A stretch of 64,000 bases of DNA from Octopus sinensis (GCF_006345805.1 NC_042997.1:27962001-28026000), one strand, 5' to 3'; positions 1 to 13,441 are shown, counted from the first letter of the stretch. The notes: generated by a model not told the origin, from the letters alone. Numbers and translations are program-made.

Positions 1-1322
1 CGAGGTTCAACATCCCCATCCGACCCCAGTTGATTCACTCTTTCATAATGTCGTTCAATTTTGAAATCTTTTAACTTTGAGGTGTCCTATATTTCGCTAT
101 AAATTTTCTTTTTGTTTGTGTTTTGCATGTAGGAATATTTCTGCAGTTTTTGGCTTCCGTGTGATTGTATCTGTGTGTTGTTCGTGTATTTGTGTGTTTG
201 TGTGTTCGTTTGACTGTAATTTTACGTATCTCGTCTGTGTGTCTGTGTCTTTAGGTTTCTGTAATTCTGGATTGTCTAGTTTCTGTTCGTGAACTTTTGC
301 ATCTCTGTTTGTTTGAATGTCTGCTGGTCCGGATGATTCTGCAAGTCCTTTACTGGTGATTCTACTGGTAAATTTTCTCCGTTTCAGGTCGTGGGCTTGA
401 TTTCCTCTTCCATTGTTTTATGCTTCTTCACTTCCACTATCGTCGGCGACTTCCTTCTCCCTCTTTCCTTGGCTTTCATATCCACAAATTTCCCGTCATG
501 TTCTGTTTTTTGTTTCTGCTCATTTTCTACCATTATATTCTCCTGAATACTCTCTTCCACCATTTCCACTGCTGCTCTAGGGCATTTTTTTTCAAGTGCC
601 CTCTTTCACCACATCCGTAACACTTTGGGGGTCTCCCATCCAACATCATCTCCAGTTTATCTTCATTTGGTAGTTCCAAAGTTGCTGTCATTTCGTCGTA
701 GTATTTCGCGCTCTCTAATTCATAGCCCCACCATTTCACTTGTTGTATTCGGCTTATCATGCCAATCCTCAGGTCTTCGCTTTTCTTCCTCAGCTCCGAA
801 TTAAAAATTGCGGCTATTATCAATTCTGGGTCAATCGACGGTGGGCTTCTTCCCACCCTCACTCTAACAATTCTTTTGCCCAAACAGTTTGGCATCAACG
901 TCCATTTTTATCCCTGTATCAGCCTGTTGTCGGTTTTGTTTTCGTCTCCTCTTCTGATACAAGGGTTACTACGATCGATGCATATCTCTTTCCTCTTGTA
1001 AAGAACGTCACGCTGCCTCCTACTTGTTTTTCCAAGACTTCCCCTATCTCTTCCTGCAGAACGTGTTCAATTCTCCTATTTTCATTCGAAAATGTTCTGA
1101 ATATGACCATCTTCCTGTCCATTTTCTACTTTTTCTCCTCTGGCAGGGACATTTTCACATTTTACCCTTCCTTCTTTACCATAACATGATATTTGTTTAT
1201 CAGCTCCTCCTTCCACTGCATCATCTCCGGCTTCGGCGCACGTGGGTCCAGGGGAACTCGACCTCCAGTAGCCTCCGCATAACTTTTCCTTTTTCCAAAT
1301 ATTCACTACCACCCAGCAATGG
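1..1322 (-). pseudogene. Decayed ORF1 (gag-like, CCHC zinc knuckle) of a Tx1/L1-like non-LTR retrotransposon, running off the left edge
   Basis: The minus strand reads IFGKRKSYAEATGG...MDRKMVIFRTF... with premature stops. The motif PPKCYGCGERGHLKK is followed by an A8 run at about 585-592; one extra A restores C-x2-C-x4-H-x4-C (CYGCGERGHLKKKC) in frame with the EMVEESIQ ORF at 384-569. A possible mutated Kozak start, GCCGCCATT, lies at about 1318-1326. Clade assignment is from motif resemblance only. Confidence 0.7.
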
Positions 1323-1394
1323 CGGCTTCGCTCAAAAGTTCGGTTAGAGTCCCTCCAAAAACAACAAAGAAGTGGTTTGCTAGCTGTCGATGCC

Positions 1395-1910
1395 TATTCG
1401 CCTTTGAAAACTTATAGAATTTCAAGTGAAATAAATTCACTGATCTACAAGATTAGAAATATTGCATTAGTAAATCTCACAGAGAGATATGCAGTGGCAG
1501 CACGATAAAGTGATGGTTTGTTGCCAACTTAATGTGGCAGACTGAGGAAAAGGACGAATAATACTGCTATGTTGCCCCAGGAAACATAGTTTCCAGTTGG
1601 TTACGTGACACACGTGTTATGCATCCTTAAGTTTTCAAACAGGGGAGATAAGCACCTCCACCCAGCAAAGCCAGCATCCACAGACTAGTTTCAGAGTTAT
1701 TGCTCTCCATCAGTGTGGGGTAGCTTCGTTTACTAACTGTCAAATCTTATTCGCCTTTGAAAACTTATAGAATTTCAAGTGAAATAAATTCACTTATCTA
1801 CAAAATTAGAAATATTGCATTTCTAAATCTCTCAGGGAGATTTATACAGTGGCAACACGATAACGTGATGTTTTGTTGCCAACTTGTCTCTAGATGCTGG
1901 CTTTGCTGGA
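1395..1910. repeat. About 135-bp direct repeat (1395-1530 / 1749-1885) with hammerhead-bearing spacer and short inverted fragment; PLE pseudo-LTR-like remnant
   Basis: TATTCGCCTTTGAAAACTTATAGAATTTCAAG...TTGCCAACTT occurs twice. 1886-1909 is the approximate reverse complement of 1662-1685. Confidence 0.75.
1678..1718 (-). ncRNA. Minimal type I hammerhead ribozyme motif (A9G core variant)
   Basis: Minus strand: CCACA CUGAUGG AGAG caauaa CUCU GAAAC UA GUC UGUGG. Stem I is 5 bp, stem II is 4 bp, and stem III is the palindrome ACUAGU. Confidence 0.7.
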
Positions 1911-3104
1911 CCTAATCACATCTAACACATATTTCATTAGAATTAGAGGTTAAAGAGTTAAGGGTTGTAAGTATAGTAAGGTTTAGTGTTCAGAAAGCGA
2001 GAGTCGGTTACGATAATTGCACTGTTGAGGAGATATTCATGATTCTTATGCAGATAGTGCTCAGGGTAGTCATTAACTCAACATATTTACTCGTGAACAA
2101 CACATTTATTCATAAATGAAGATTTACGCTTGGTGATAACGAAATCAGTAGGCGTGCGCGCGCCGACAAACACGTACACACACAGAAACGAACACACGTG
2201 CACCACATTCATATCTACTCATCAAGGTAAAGCTGTTTGTGAAGCAGACTTAAATCTCAACCACACTTTAACTGTGCAAATGTTAACATTTGAAGATAAA
2301 ATTGCCTTATTCTATTAATATTCGAGTTAGTAAGTAGTTGTCTAAATAATACACACGCCTACATACGTATGTGTGTGTCTCAGTGCACGTATTTAGTAAG
2401 TTCTATAGCGGATTTCATGTTATAGAACGTTTGTCAATGTAGTGGTTAAAGTTTATTTATATAAAATGTACTCTCGTGATTTTAACGCTAAATTTAGGAG
2501 GAAAGGATCGGCTTTCACTCGTTCGTTACATTCATTTGTCTGTCGAAAGTATATTAGGTGTTAAACGATTTTCTTATCAACACTTACGAATCATGCTATT
2601 CAGTATGTGAATAGCCACTTTCTCATATTCATATATTTTTATGTCTCATTTGCGTTATCGATCTCCTTTAGAATGTTGAAGTGTTTCTGTAGAACTAAAT
2701 TTTCATTGTGTGCTGAAAAATACTGATTAATTTTGAAAAGAACATTTTAAAACCTTTTCAGTCAATGGTCTCACAACTTTAGCTGCTGGATCCTAAAATT
2801 GTTATTTGCCATATATGTTCTTAGCCATAATACTTTTAGTGAAAGATTTCCACCAATATACTTATGGTTTACATTCATACTATAAATTTTGTCTACATGA
2901 ATATGGTTACGTTTTTTGTTAATTTAGAATCCTTGGAAATTTTTGAAAATTCTATTTAGTGTAACTGCTATTCTCATATTGAAAATAATATTTGTCTCCT
3001 TTTCATTTCCTATCAGCACATTTTAAAACTTAAGGTAGTTGATGATATTCAATAACAATACGTGCAATATAAAAATGTTCCCATATAACGTTGGATAGTA
3101 CGCT

Positions 3105-3520
3105 ATTTTCCTCTTTTGCTTGCTTCAGTCATTTGACTCCGGCCATGCTGGATCTCCATCTTAAACAGCTTTTTCATTCAAAGAAATCAACCCACTATTT
3201 ATTCTTTGTAAGTCTGGTACTTATTCTATCCGTATCTTTTGCCGAACCGTTAAGTTACGAAGACGTAAACACACTAACATCGGTTATCTAACGATCAATG
3301 AACTCACACACTCACGCACACAGACACACAGACACACAGAGAGACAAATACACACGCACACACACATACATATATATATATATTCGACAGGCTTCTTTCA
3401 GTTTCCGTCTCCGAAATCCATTCACAAGTATTTGGTTGGCCCGAGATTATAGCAGTAGACCCTTGCCCAAGATACCACGCAGCGAAACTTAACCCTTAAC
3501 CAAGTGATTGAGACCAAGCT
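3105..3520 (-). mobile_element. tRNA-derived SINE, family A (degenerate copy)
   Basis: The reverse complement matches 37983-38378 (CTTGGGCAAG..., GACGGAAACTGAAAGAAGCC, ...ATGACTGAAACAAG) and has an internal (CA)/(TA) microsatellite. Confidence 0.8.
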
Positions 3521-4044
3521 TGCTAGTTCGAAATTTCCATGCATATTAATTAAATATATATTCTAAAGGAACTTTAAAATTTGATTTTTATAAGGAACAT
3601 ACCCAAATCAAAGGTATAATTGTTACCGAATATCTGCCCACAAAGAACGTTATGTTTGTTATTCTTGTTGTTGATGCCTATGTTTTATTTATATTTCGTT
3701 GTTTAAGTGACCTCGTAGGGGACCCAAAGCATTGACGATCCATGGAATGGCTTGAGAAGTACAAAGTCAGTATCGGATATTACTATCTACTTGAAAGAAA
3801 AATAAATTATTTCGATACATGGGTCTATGTATAATTCTAGAATGTGTTAATTGTACATCGTTTTCAACGAGACAGAAAGGGAGCATTGGATGTTTACTTC
3901 AAGTTTTGAAAATATCACCTTAATCTCTTTTACATCAAAACTCTTATTCGACTACAGAAATGATAGATCATACAATCTATCCTATACATACATACACACA
4001 TACATACATACATACATACATACATACACACACACATATATATA

Positions 4045-4268
4045 TTTCTTTACTACCCACAAGGGGCTAAACACAGAGGAGACAAACAAGGACAGACAAA
4101 CGGATTAAGTCGATTATATAGACCCCAATGCGCAACTGGTACTTAATTTATCGACCCCGAGAGGATGAAAGGCTAAGTCGACCTCGGCGGAATTTGAACC
4201 CAGGACGTAGCGGCAGACGAAATACGGCTACGCATTTCGCCCGGCGTGCTAACGATTCTACCAGTTCA
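4045..4268 (-). mobile_element. tRNA-derived SINE, family D
   Basis: The minus-strand head has an A-box-like TGGTAGAATCG and a B-box GGTTCAAATTCC, followed by GTCGAC...TTTCATCC...AAGTACCAGTT, which recurs at 36020, 36735, 60070 and 61060. Confidence 0.85.
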
Positions 4269-5419
4269 GTCACTGAAAAAATTTGTAACCAAAATATTTC
4301 TGATTTTATGAGTAACTGTCGTCTAGACTGAGATTAAACAACTACAGTAACAAGGTAACATCTACCAATAGGAGATATTGTCAACAACGCAGTAGCATTG
4401 TTGTCAATACTTTGTACGGTACACATGTACGTCAATTCTGAGAGCTATTTCAATCTTTAGTTGATATTTTCTGCAAAATAAGGACAGCTTTCTAAACTAG
4501 AATCATAATAGAATGATGTCTTACTTATGAGTTGCTAATACCTTTGTATATACTTAGAAAAAAAATATTTCCATTGAAATCCAAACTAAAACCAACTGTT
4601 TTTACCTAACAAGAATAGGAAACAACAAGGCATTTATAAATAATAAAGCACATAAAAAGTGAAAGTAAACTGTATAATCCTTCTCTTTTGTTTTTTGTAG
4701 TAATTCGGAATTAAGATATCTTCTAGATATACATTATTATAAATATATAGGAAATTGCATACAAAAGTAAACAGACAAATAGACCAAAATGTACAATACA
4801 TGCATCAGTATCTAATGTTTTATTTTAGATGTGTTAACCATCAACAAACCAGAACCACGTCAATATTTTCAAATAAGAGCTGACCAATTAGGTTGTAGGA
4901 CCCCAACACCACTACACATAGGAATTTCGAGTTTTGCTGACCTGGTTCCATTCTCTCATTGATACACTCCTCTACCAAATTTCCCAAGATGGGTTCATCA
5001 TAAGTTGCTTATGCCATACCCTCTGCAACGTTATACCTACTAACTGGCACTTTACACATAAACGTTCACCTCCGTAACACGGACCATACAATCAAACCCA
5101 CCACTGAAATTCTATGGAAACATAATATGAACTACTGACTAAAATTACCCTACCTGTAAAACACCTCCTGAGAACGACAATATTCATCTATCCACCACTG
5201 GATGAAATAACATGGTTCTTATGATACATCACGAGAAGTCTGTATCTTATTTCCCCTTGCTATGCTCAAATCATTATACTATGATATACTTCACTAGTAT
5301 TCACATGCTTGTTCTTATTCTTACACTTAGTCTTTTTCTACTCTGTTTCAAAAAGACGAACACACTGTAGCTATTATTAACTAACTTTTATATGGGTTAG
5401 CCCAACTCCCAAACACTTA

Positions 5420-5978
5420 GACCCACTGAAGAAGCCTAGGGACACATTCATTATCCAAGCCTTATCGGCTCATCCCTGCATGACACTGAAGACATAGAGA
5501 TAACCTGGAAGATTTGGTTGCCTCTTGGCAGAAATGGCCGTAAGGAACTAATACCCGCATACCCATTCGGTTTTAGTCCTCCTTCCCTCGTTTGCCCATT
5601 GGCTCATTCGCTCAGTTACTCATTTGTTTCTATATGCTTGTATGCTTCCACGCCCTTGTTTATTCAATTACTAACTTTTTCCACTTGATAATCTCTACCA
5701 CTAATGCATGTGTGTGGATTCATCCAATACATTTGAATAAATAGACATACTTGAATGTTTACCAGCTGGTGCCTATCGATTTTATGTCCTCTCGACTTTC
5801 TTATTTCCCGTATAAATTTAGGGTAAACCACTTTTTACCCCCGCCCATATATAATTCTCAACTGCGAGTTTGCCATGCAATAACTAGCTCATGGGTATGA
5901 TAATTGCGTGCACTACCAGAAGTATATTGGATAGGTACTATCCCTTAGTAGGTTTTTCAACCTCTAACTCACACAGAA

Positions 5979-5980
<2 letters not shown>
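5420..5980 (+). mobile_element. PLE pseudo-LTR-like remnant with degenerate long-stem-II hammerhead (about 5422-5545), ending in (TA)n
   Basis: CTGAAGA AGCCTAGGG ... CCTCTTGGCA GAAAT GGCC GTA. The stem II base resembles that of the 46333-46454 motif, but stem I is poor. Confidence 0.5.
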
Positions 5981-6058
<78 letters not shown>

Positions 6059-6089
6059 TATACATATATATATATACATGTATATATAT

Positions 6090-6315
6090 TTGTCTTGGGC
6101 ATTGCCAAATCAGTAATCCGATGTAGAACTCAACATCCGTATTTTCAGAACGGAGTGTTGGCTGAGTATAGAGCGGTAATAAGAAACAGAGGTGACAAAG
6201 GAATAAATGGTTCCCTTATCAACTTCATTAAGTTACAACTGTTTCAGCTATAACATGTAGTGGACTCATATACGAGGGCCTGAGTAACAACTTGTAGCTT
6301 CATTGGAGCCTATAT
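6090..6315 (-). mobile_element. Short PLE-like element with decayed hammerhead (about 6232-6310)
   Basis: Minus strand: CCAATGA AGCTA...TAGCT GAAAC AGTT GTA, a decayed form of CTGATGA...GAAACAGCTGTA. It adjoins a (TA)n tract. Confidence 0.45.
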
Positions 6316-8576
6316 AATAAAAGTATATTTGAAAATATTTTTGTGAAGAAAAATGTTGGTGAAACAAATGGCAAAAAGGAGTGAAGGAATAACGAAGTGA
6401 AACGAAACTTAGCACTGAATGAAATAATCGTTTATACTTATATATTCATTGGTAAATATTTTAATATGTTGTTTTAGCAGGTCAGTGAGAATATTTGAAA
6501 TATCGAAAAAATATGCTATTATAATTTTCAATGCAGAATGAATGAGAGTAAAATGTTACAGTGAAAAGTTCGATCATCTGAGTAGTACAAACAAAATAAT
6601 CGTCAGCTGAAAGTAAACAGTAGAATGAAAGTAAATGAGCAAGATATTATATAGAGACCTGCGTGCAGGGGCTTAATCGTGAGAATATATATATAATCTA
6701 ATGCATGATTATTGGCATTAAATGAAAAACAAACATCACTTACAACGCATGTTTAAGCCGCAAAATAATTTATAGGTACTACAGCATACAGTTAACCATA
6801 CCATTTTATTTTGATAAGAATAAAACTAGGTTCTTCCGAAAAACCAAACCGAGTTAGAGAACTTTGTCAAAATTTTCTTCTTTCCATGCTTGAGGGAGTG
6901 ATTAAAAATAACAAAAAACAAACAGACAAACATCTTTATCTTGAATATGTTCTTTGTCAATCAGATATGGAAACCAAATAAAGTGCACTTGACTTTCTGA
7001 ACATTATCTCGAGAAACCATAGTTTCGTAAGACAATTCTAGAATATTAGATAATGAATAGCTTGAGTAATGAGATCACATTTAATAGGTGATATTGCAAT
7101 ATTGTTGTTTAAGAGTCTATTTGATTTGAAGTTTTTAATTGAGAAATGCTTTACAAAAATATCTAACGTTAACTTTCTGCAACATATTTTGCAACATTCA
7201 TAGTTTAAAAAGAACTGAAAAGAAAATAAATGTAGATATTCCTTGGCAAATTTTGTTTTATCATTTAAACCAGCTTTTGGAATATAGTGCAGCATATTCT
7301 AGGTCCGCTTTACAAATATTTGGAATTTAGATATATATTACAACATTTGGAAGGTAGAGGTAATAATGCAGGCTATGTGAAGCCGCTGGATCCATTATTT
7401 TCTAAATCCTCATTACAATAATGATAATTCCTAAGATAAGTTTGATTACCAGAGAAAAGTAAATATTCAAACATACTAATATTAGAGATTAAAATATCCA
7501 TTTGTATGACAAGCATAATACATGCACTTTGTCAAAAGGTCAGCTATTGCTGTCATTGTCACTAAACTGTAACTCTCATAGACTTACTACATCTCTCTCT
7601 CTCTCTCTCCCTCTCTATCTCTCTCTCTCTCTCTCTCAGTTATATTGTTTTTAAAACAGGAAATCCACAGGAGATGCTATTTTAGGACCAATATTGCAAT
7701 AACTGGCATATGAACAGTGTGCATATATAAGTGTTCAATATATATGATTATTTTAATTAAATACTGCCTCAATATTGCATACCGGATATGTAGTCAGGGT
7801 AATTCACAACATCAGTGAATGTGTTCTATGAAATTTCTCCTATCAGAGTTGATCTACCGTTGAAGGATGTAGATAGTTGCAAATACGCGCCATTAAAAAT
7901 ATCCACAAACAGGTCAAAGTGTATCTGGTGGTCACACTGGCCACTGCTGGTACGAATTTCTTCTGTTCTGCTTATTGTCTTTTTAAAACAGCAAGCCTAT
8001 AAGAAATACTATATCAAGGCAAATACTGTAGTAACTGATCTATCGGCAATGTATATACATAAAGTATACATTATAGACAATACTATTTTAACTAAATACT
8101 GTTTCAATTGCTTATACCAGCGCAAAAATGTAATAGGCATATTATTTCAATGCTTATTCACATAAACTAATTTTATATTAGATTAGCAGTGTGAGCAGGT
8201 TATTTCGTTTCTTTATTCACAGAGACATCAGAAAATTGGACTATATTATAAGATTGCCATCAACTTTTAATTTTTCAACCTGTATCACTAGCTTTCAGTG
8301 GTATTTTCTCAGCCTATCTTATGGATGGCCACTCATTTTGCATACGATAAGGACCTCGTTGTCTCTATAAAATAAGATGTACACACAATTTATATTTTTA
8401 TTTTTTGTTGTTGCACATAACCTCACCGTCTCTTCCTTCAATACATTTCTGCTCATTTTATTTTGTCTTCTCTGTAACTGACATATTCTCTCCCTCCATT
8501 TTCTATATTCTTTTCTGTCTTTATTTATATAGTTTTATTTCTTATTTCGCTACAATACTATCAACCAATAAAATCT

Positions 8577-9095
8577 CACATTATTTACATTATTTACATT
8601 TGACGGATATTTGTCCTCATCTATTAAGCAACGACTACCCCCAAAACATACTATCTACTCCAATTATGAAGAAAAAACAGGATGAAACCAATAAACTGTC
8701 TACAGTATGCAGACCGAGTGCAGATATGAATAGCACATGGGAACCGGTATTAAGGAAGGATAGGAAAATATTAGATTTATAAGTCCTAAAATTCACACAA
8801 TAATAACCCACGGGCATATGGCGTAGTGGTTACTAACCATAAGATTCCGAGTTCGATTTCAGGCAGTGACCTGAATCATAATAATGATAATAATAATAAT
8901 AATAATAATAATAATATAATAATAATAATAATAACAACAACAACATTGAAAAATACCAAGACACCCGATGAAGGCTGGAGAGTATATCAGCCAAAACATT
9001 GTGTTAACAACAAGAGTGTTAACAACAAACAAGATGAGAAATATCCGTCAAATGTAAATAATGTACATATTTCTTCATCTCTTAAATATAGCACT
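8577..9095 (+). mobile_element. PLE 3' fragment: inverted tail piece, ORF end (MNSTWEPVLRKDRKILDL*), tRNA-like box, (TAA)n and decayed hammerhead
   Basis: 8577-8623 is the reverse complement of about 9032-9065. TGGCGTAGTGG (A box) is at 8819 and GAGTTCGATTTC (B box) at about 8848. The hammerhead GACAC CCGATGA AGGCTG...CAGCC AAAAC ATT GTGTT is at 8960-9005. Same family as 25410-26020. Confidence 0.7.
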
Positions 9096-9608
9096 GCGTT
9101 AAAACTTGTTCAGCTATTCAAGTATTTCTTCAACATCACTTTCAAATATCTGTGTAGCATTTTTATTATCGACTATATAGCGAAAACGATTTGTGAAGTT
9201 TTATCTTCTAATATAACACCCGAACATAAAATATGTACACTCACATACATAAATATTGATGTGTGTGCAGTTCTATAAATATACATGCATACACATGGGT
9301 GCTTATGCGTATATGATGTTTGCGTATATATATATATATATGAAGAGGGGGAAAATTTCTTATGAATTAATCCCGAAATTGGACCAATACGGTAATAACG
9401 AATTTGTTAGAGATTTCTATCGGTTTGTTTCGAGACGCATAAATTTTAATGGTTATCGACAAAAATTTTGTTGTTTCGGCATATTTGGCATTAGAATTTT
9501 TCTTCTGCCCTTATCTTGTAAATTATGTATAAATTTTACCTTTAAAACCAATTTTTGATATGCTGGCCATTGATAAATTTTTTTTCCCGAAAAAAAATTT
9601 AGCCTATA

Positions 9609-9659
<51 letters not shown>

Positions 9660-10011
9660 TGTGTGTGTGTGTGTGTATTAAAAACGAAATATTTTACAAA
9701 TCGTTTCTTTGTTTCTCGTTTGCGATCCGTAAACATTAATTTAAAAAGTAGAACATTTTATAAGACAGTTATATTAAATGCAACAATTAACGCAAATGAA
9801 AGAGAATATCCAATATTGATTGGATGAATCCCACCTAAAACTTTTGTAACGAAAACATATAAATGCATAAATGAGAAGCAAGGGGAAGAAAGCTAGAACT
9901 AAAAATCGAACAAAAAGCGAAAAAATAAGTTGGGAGGAGGAGAAGAAAGAGCGAACAGAAGAAGGAAAAGAAAAAGAAATAGTAATAGAACACTGATAGC
10001 TGAAAATTGAA

Positions 10012-10085
10012 ATACACTCGCTCAGTTTTATATAAGGATATAAAAAAATTCGACACCACCTCAAAAACATTAGATGAAATTTATA
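10012..10085 (-). repeat. Dispersed repeat, inverted copy of 13636-13710
   Basis: ATTTCATCTAATGTTTTTGAGGTGGT(G/A)TCGAATTTT...ATATAAAACT(G/C)AGCGAGT is shared between the two sites. Confidence 0.7.
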
Positions 10086-11914
10086 TTAAAAACATAAAGG
10101 TTAGTTCATAAGAAGGGCGAATTGATGCACGCATTTTCGTAGGAAAATATACCCTGGAAAATAGCACACACTTGAAAAACGTTTTTAAATTAAGAAGAAA
10201 GTTCCCCTGCATTAAAAACCAGCAACAGTTCAGAAACGATCGTTTTAATTTGGTAAAAGAACCAAATAATTTACATTCAAGCAATTTAACAGCAATTTTC
10301 ACAATTTCTTGGATTGATATATTGTTATTTTATTATCCCTGAAATGCTGAACCCGAATTTGACCTCCACAGAATTTGAACCCAATAGAGAACCCAATAAT
10401 TTTTACCTTAGTGATAAGTATTTGATCAGCGCGAGATCACAAACTGAAAACAGCCGCGTGTTTACGATTTTTACATGAAGAGGAAAAATAAATATATGAC
10501 CCAATTTTATGATATGAATTCCAGTAACTCTCCGGATGAAGGTTTTTCTACCTGCTTGTTCAAGTATCTTTGTTGTCTTACAGAATCCGACTCACACTTT
10601 ATTAAGGTATACTGGTTCATAACATAATTCAAAGTGCACGGCTTACGCCGAGCTGTAGTGTAGTGTGTTTGTAGGAATGAGAAATTCTTCATGATATTTA
10701 ACACTGATAAAGTTGAGAACAAAAAGTAGGACTTACAAGCATGAGCTTCTTACTTCGTAATCAATTACGCCTAATGAAGATTATGGAATTGCTTTATCGG
10801 ACACTTTGTCTGAAATGCACTGGATCGCAAAAAATCCCCACATATTCTTCACTTTACTTTTCTTTTACGTGTATAATGTCAGTTTGCTGATAAATTTTAA
10901 AATCCAGATTCAGATGGTTTTGTTCTCTTTATTATCAATATGGCCCTTTTTCTTTATTTTCTTGAATTTCCTCGTAATCTATTGTTTTTAACTCCCGGAT
11001 CTTTTGCTGTATTTCTATCACATTTTATATATCTCGTAATTATTACCCCTCCCACGTAGTTCTTTGGCAACAGAGCCAAAATACTTACTATTTTCAACCA
11101 TTAATTTGAATGACATTTGAACTTTTTAGTTCATTCTAAATATAAAAATCTGTTTAAAATGACTTCATTTATTTTAAACGTGTCCCTCTTTATTCTTTTG
11201 TGTAACATCAGATTTTCTGCACACACACACACACACACGAATTTGTTTTAATACATTGTAGCACATTCATTGTGGCATATATTCCTCTTTCTAATGTATG
11301 TATGTTCTTCCCTTTGCATATTCTTCGCCATTGCTTTTCTTCATACATTTATTTACAATGATTTTCACTTCTCTACTTCATGCATCTATTGCAGCTTTTT
11401 ACGTTTTACATAATCTATTCTTCATGTATTCACGGAAAATTAGCATTGTGTTACAATTTTGTCTTAATCTTCTTCTTCTTCTTCTTCTTCTTCACCTTCT
11501 TCACCTTCTTCACCCTCTTCTTCATTTCTCCTTCACCTTCTTCCTCTTCTTTTTTTCTTCTTTTCCGCGTAGTTTTCTGCTTAATATCTTCTACTTGTTT
11601 TATTCCTTGGGCCGTGGGTATTGCTGTTCTTTTCCTGCTTGCACTCTTCGTGTATTATAAGTTTCTACTTCTTTCGAATGAAATTTATTTATATACTTTT
11701 AACAAAATGATATTGGCCAACTTATACTTTGCAAATTAGCCACCAAGATCCTCTTCTGCACAGAGGTGCTGAACCATTTTAATACAATCAATATTCGATA
11801 TACTCTTTTCCATTCAAATATCTTCCCGACGGTCTAATTGTTTCATTTTCGTTCGAGGCTCAACATTGAGAGATTTAGAGTAATGAATTTTGATTCAAAC
11901 ATGCTCACATCTAT

Positions 11915-11945
<31 letters not shown>

Positions 11946-11946
11946 A

Positions 11947-11997
<51 letters not shown>

Positions 11998-12004
11998 ATA
12001 TATA

Positions 12005-12185
12005 GGTCAAATTTATAGAGAAATAAAGACGAAGACACGTGTAGGAACAACAAGCAAGTGTATTAGTTTGACGCTCAGGAGAATTGGAAAAGTCTTTTAC
12101 ATTTCGAGTCTACGACCTCCGACGGAAAAGAATAACAGGGAATAAATAGAGAGGGAATGAAAAGACGCATGGAGTTCAGTGGTGT
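12005..12185 (-). mobile_element. Short repeat with decayed atypical hammerhead (12094-12130); same family as 44400-44560
   Basis: Minus strand: CTTTT CCGTCGG AGGT CGTAG ACTC GAAAT GTA AAAG, then AGCGTCAAACTA...TGCTTGTTGTT as at 44483-44511. Flanked by (TA)n. Confidence 0.6.
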
Positions 12186-12188
12186 ATG

Positions 12189-12256
<68 letters not shown>

Positions 12257-12289
12257 AAAACAATACTGGGAGGATAAGAAACGGAACGA

Positions 12290-12310
<21 letters not shown>

Positions 12311-12320
<10 letters not shown>

Positions 12321-12889
12321 TAGAAAAAAACACCTTTTATCAATTCAAAATGAATAATTAAATTACACCATCTAGAAAATTACATATAATAGAAAAGTTA
12401 AAATTAAAATAACAATAAAAAGTAAAGATTAAATAAATTAGAAAAATTAGAAAAATCTATTGAGGCTAACATTGATTTCGTGATAAAAAATATCTCAATA
12501 TCTGAACAACTTTCAAGCCCATCACATATACAGAATGGTGATAATCCCCATTTTATATAGTTGTATATATGTTTTTACGTAAGTATATAAATTCATATGC
12601 ACACTCACACACATAAGTGTGTGTGTAAATTATACATACCTATTATATACATTTTTATTATGTTTGTAATTTACTTAATCTTTACTTTTTATTGTTATTT
12701 TAATTTTAACTTTTCTATTATATGCAATTTTCTAGATGGTGTAATTTAATTACTCATTTTGAATTGATAAAAGGTGTTTTTACTAATATTTTATATATAT
12801 TTTATATTGTGTAGAATTTGTTTTAGTATTTCTAAATTGAATTCTTTTTCCTTGTAAGTTTGGATATTATTCCCTCAAATAATAATAAT

Positions 12890-12890
<1 letters not shown>
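12311..12890 (+). mobile_element. AT-rich PLE-like tail with inverted partial copy (12311-12440 vs 12667-12797) in (TA)n
   Basis: An inverted repeat of about 130 bp is present. The 3' terminus TTTTCCTTGTAAGTTTGGAT...TCCCT resembles the reverse complement of 24003-24035. Confidence 0.6.
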
Positions 12891-12920
<30 letters not shown>

Positions 12921-13441
12921 CCAGCAAACAAATGCAAAAGTTGTGTGATGCAAATCTAAATAAATACATACAGTACTATTGCTGAAGGGCTGTAATACAT
13001 GTAAAATAATACATTCTCTTATTCTGTTAGCAGAATATTTTACAACTTATTTTTTAGCTTTCCTTGCGTTTTGACTATAGAGCCATTTATTATTTTCTCT
13101 CGGTGCTTGTTTTATAAAGATACACTTTGAAGACATTCATTTCTTCATTTATACAAATATCAGAAAATGACCAAGAAATGTCTTATTGAATGACAGAAAA
13201 GCATTTTCCATTTCTTCTTTGACTTCGTGACGTGAGTTTTTTTTTTTGAAAACAGCGCAAAACTATTACTCTATACCCGTAGCATAAAACTCTTCCATTG
13301 TTTGCAACTTGTGTAAAGAATCATAAATATAAGCTGTCATAAACAAAACACAGTTTCCATTCATTCACATGCTTACATAAAGAGAAACACACGCAAACAA
13401 GCACAGGATGGACAAGACACACACATTTTTATACAGTGAGG

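Noticed and set aside
7240-7420. Possible LINE remnant (LLEYSAA resembling PILEYAS)
   Set aside because: It is a single short motif without colinear support.
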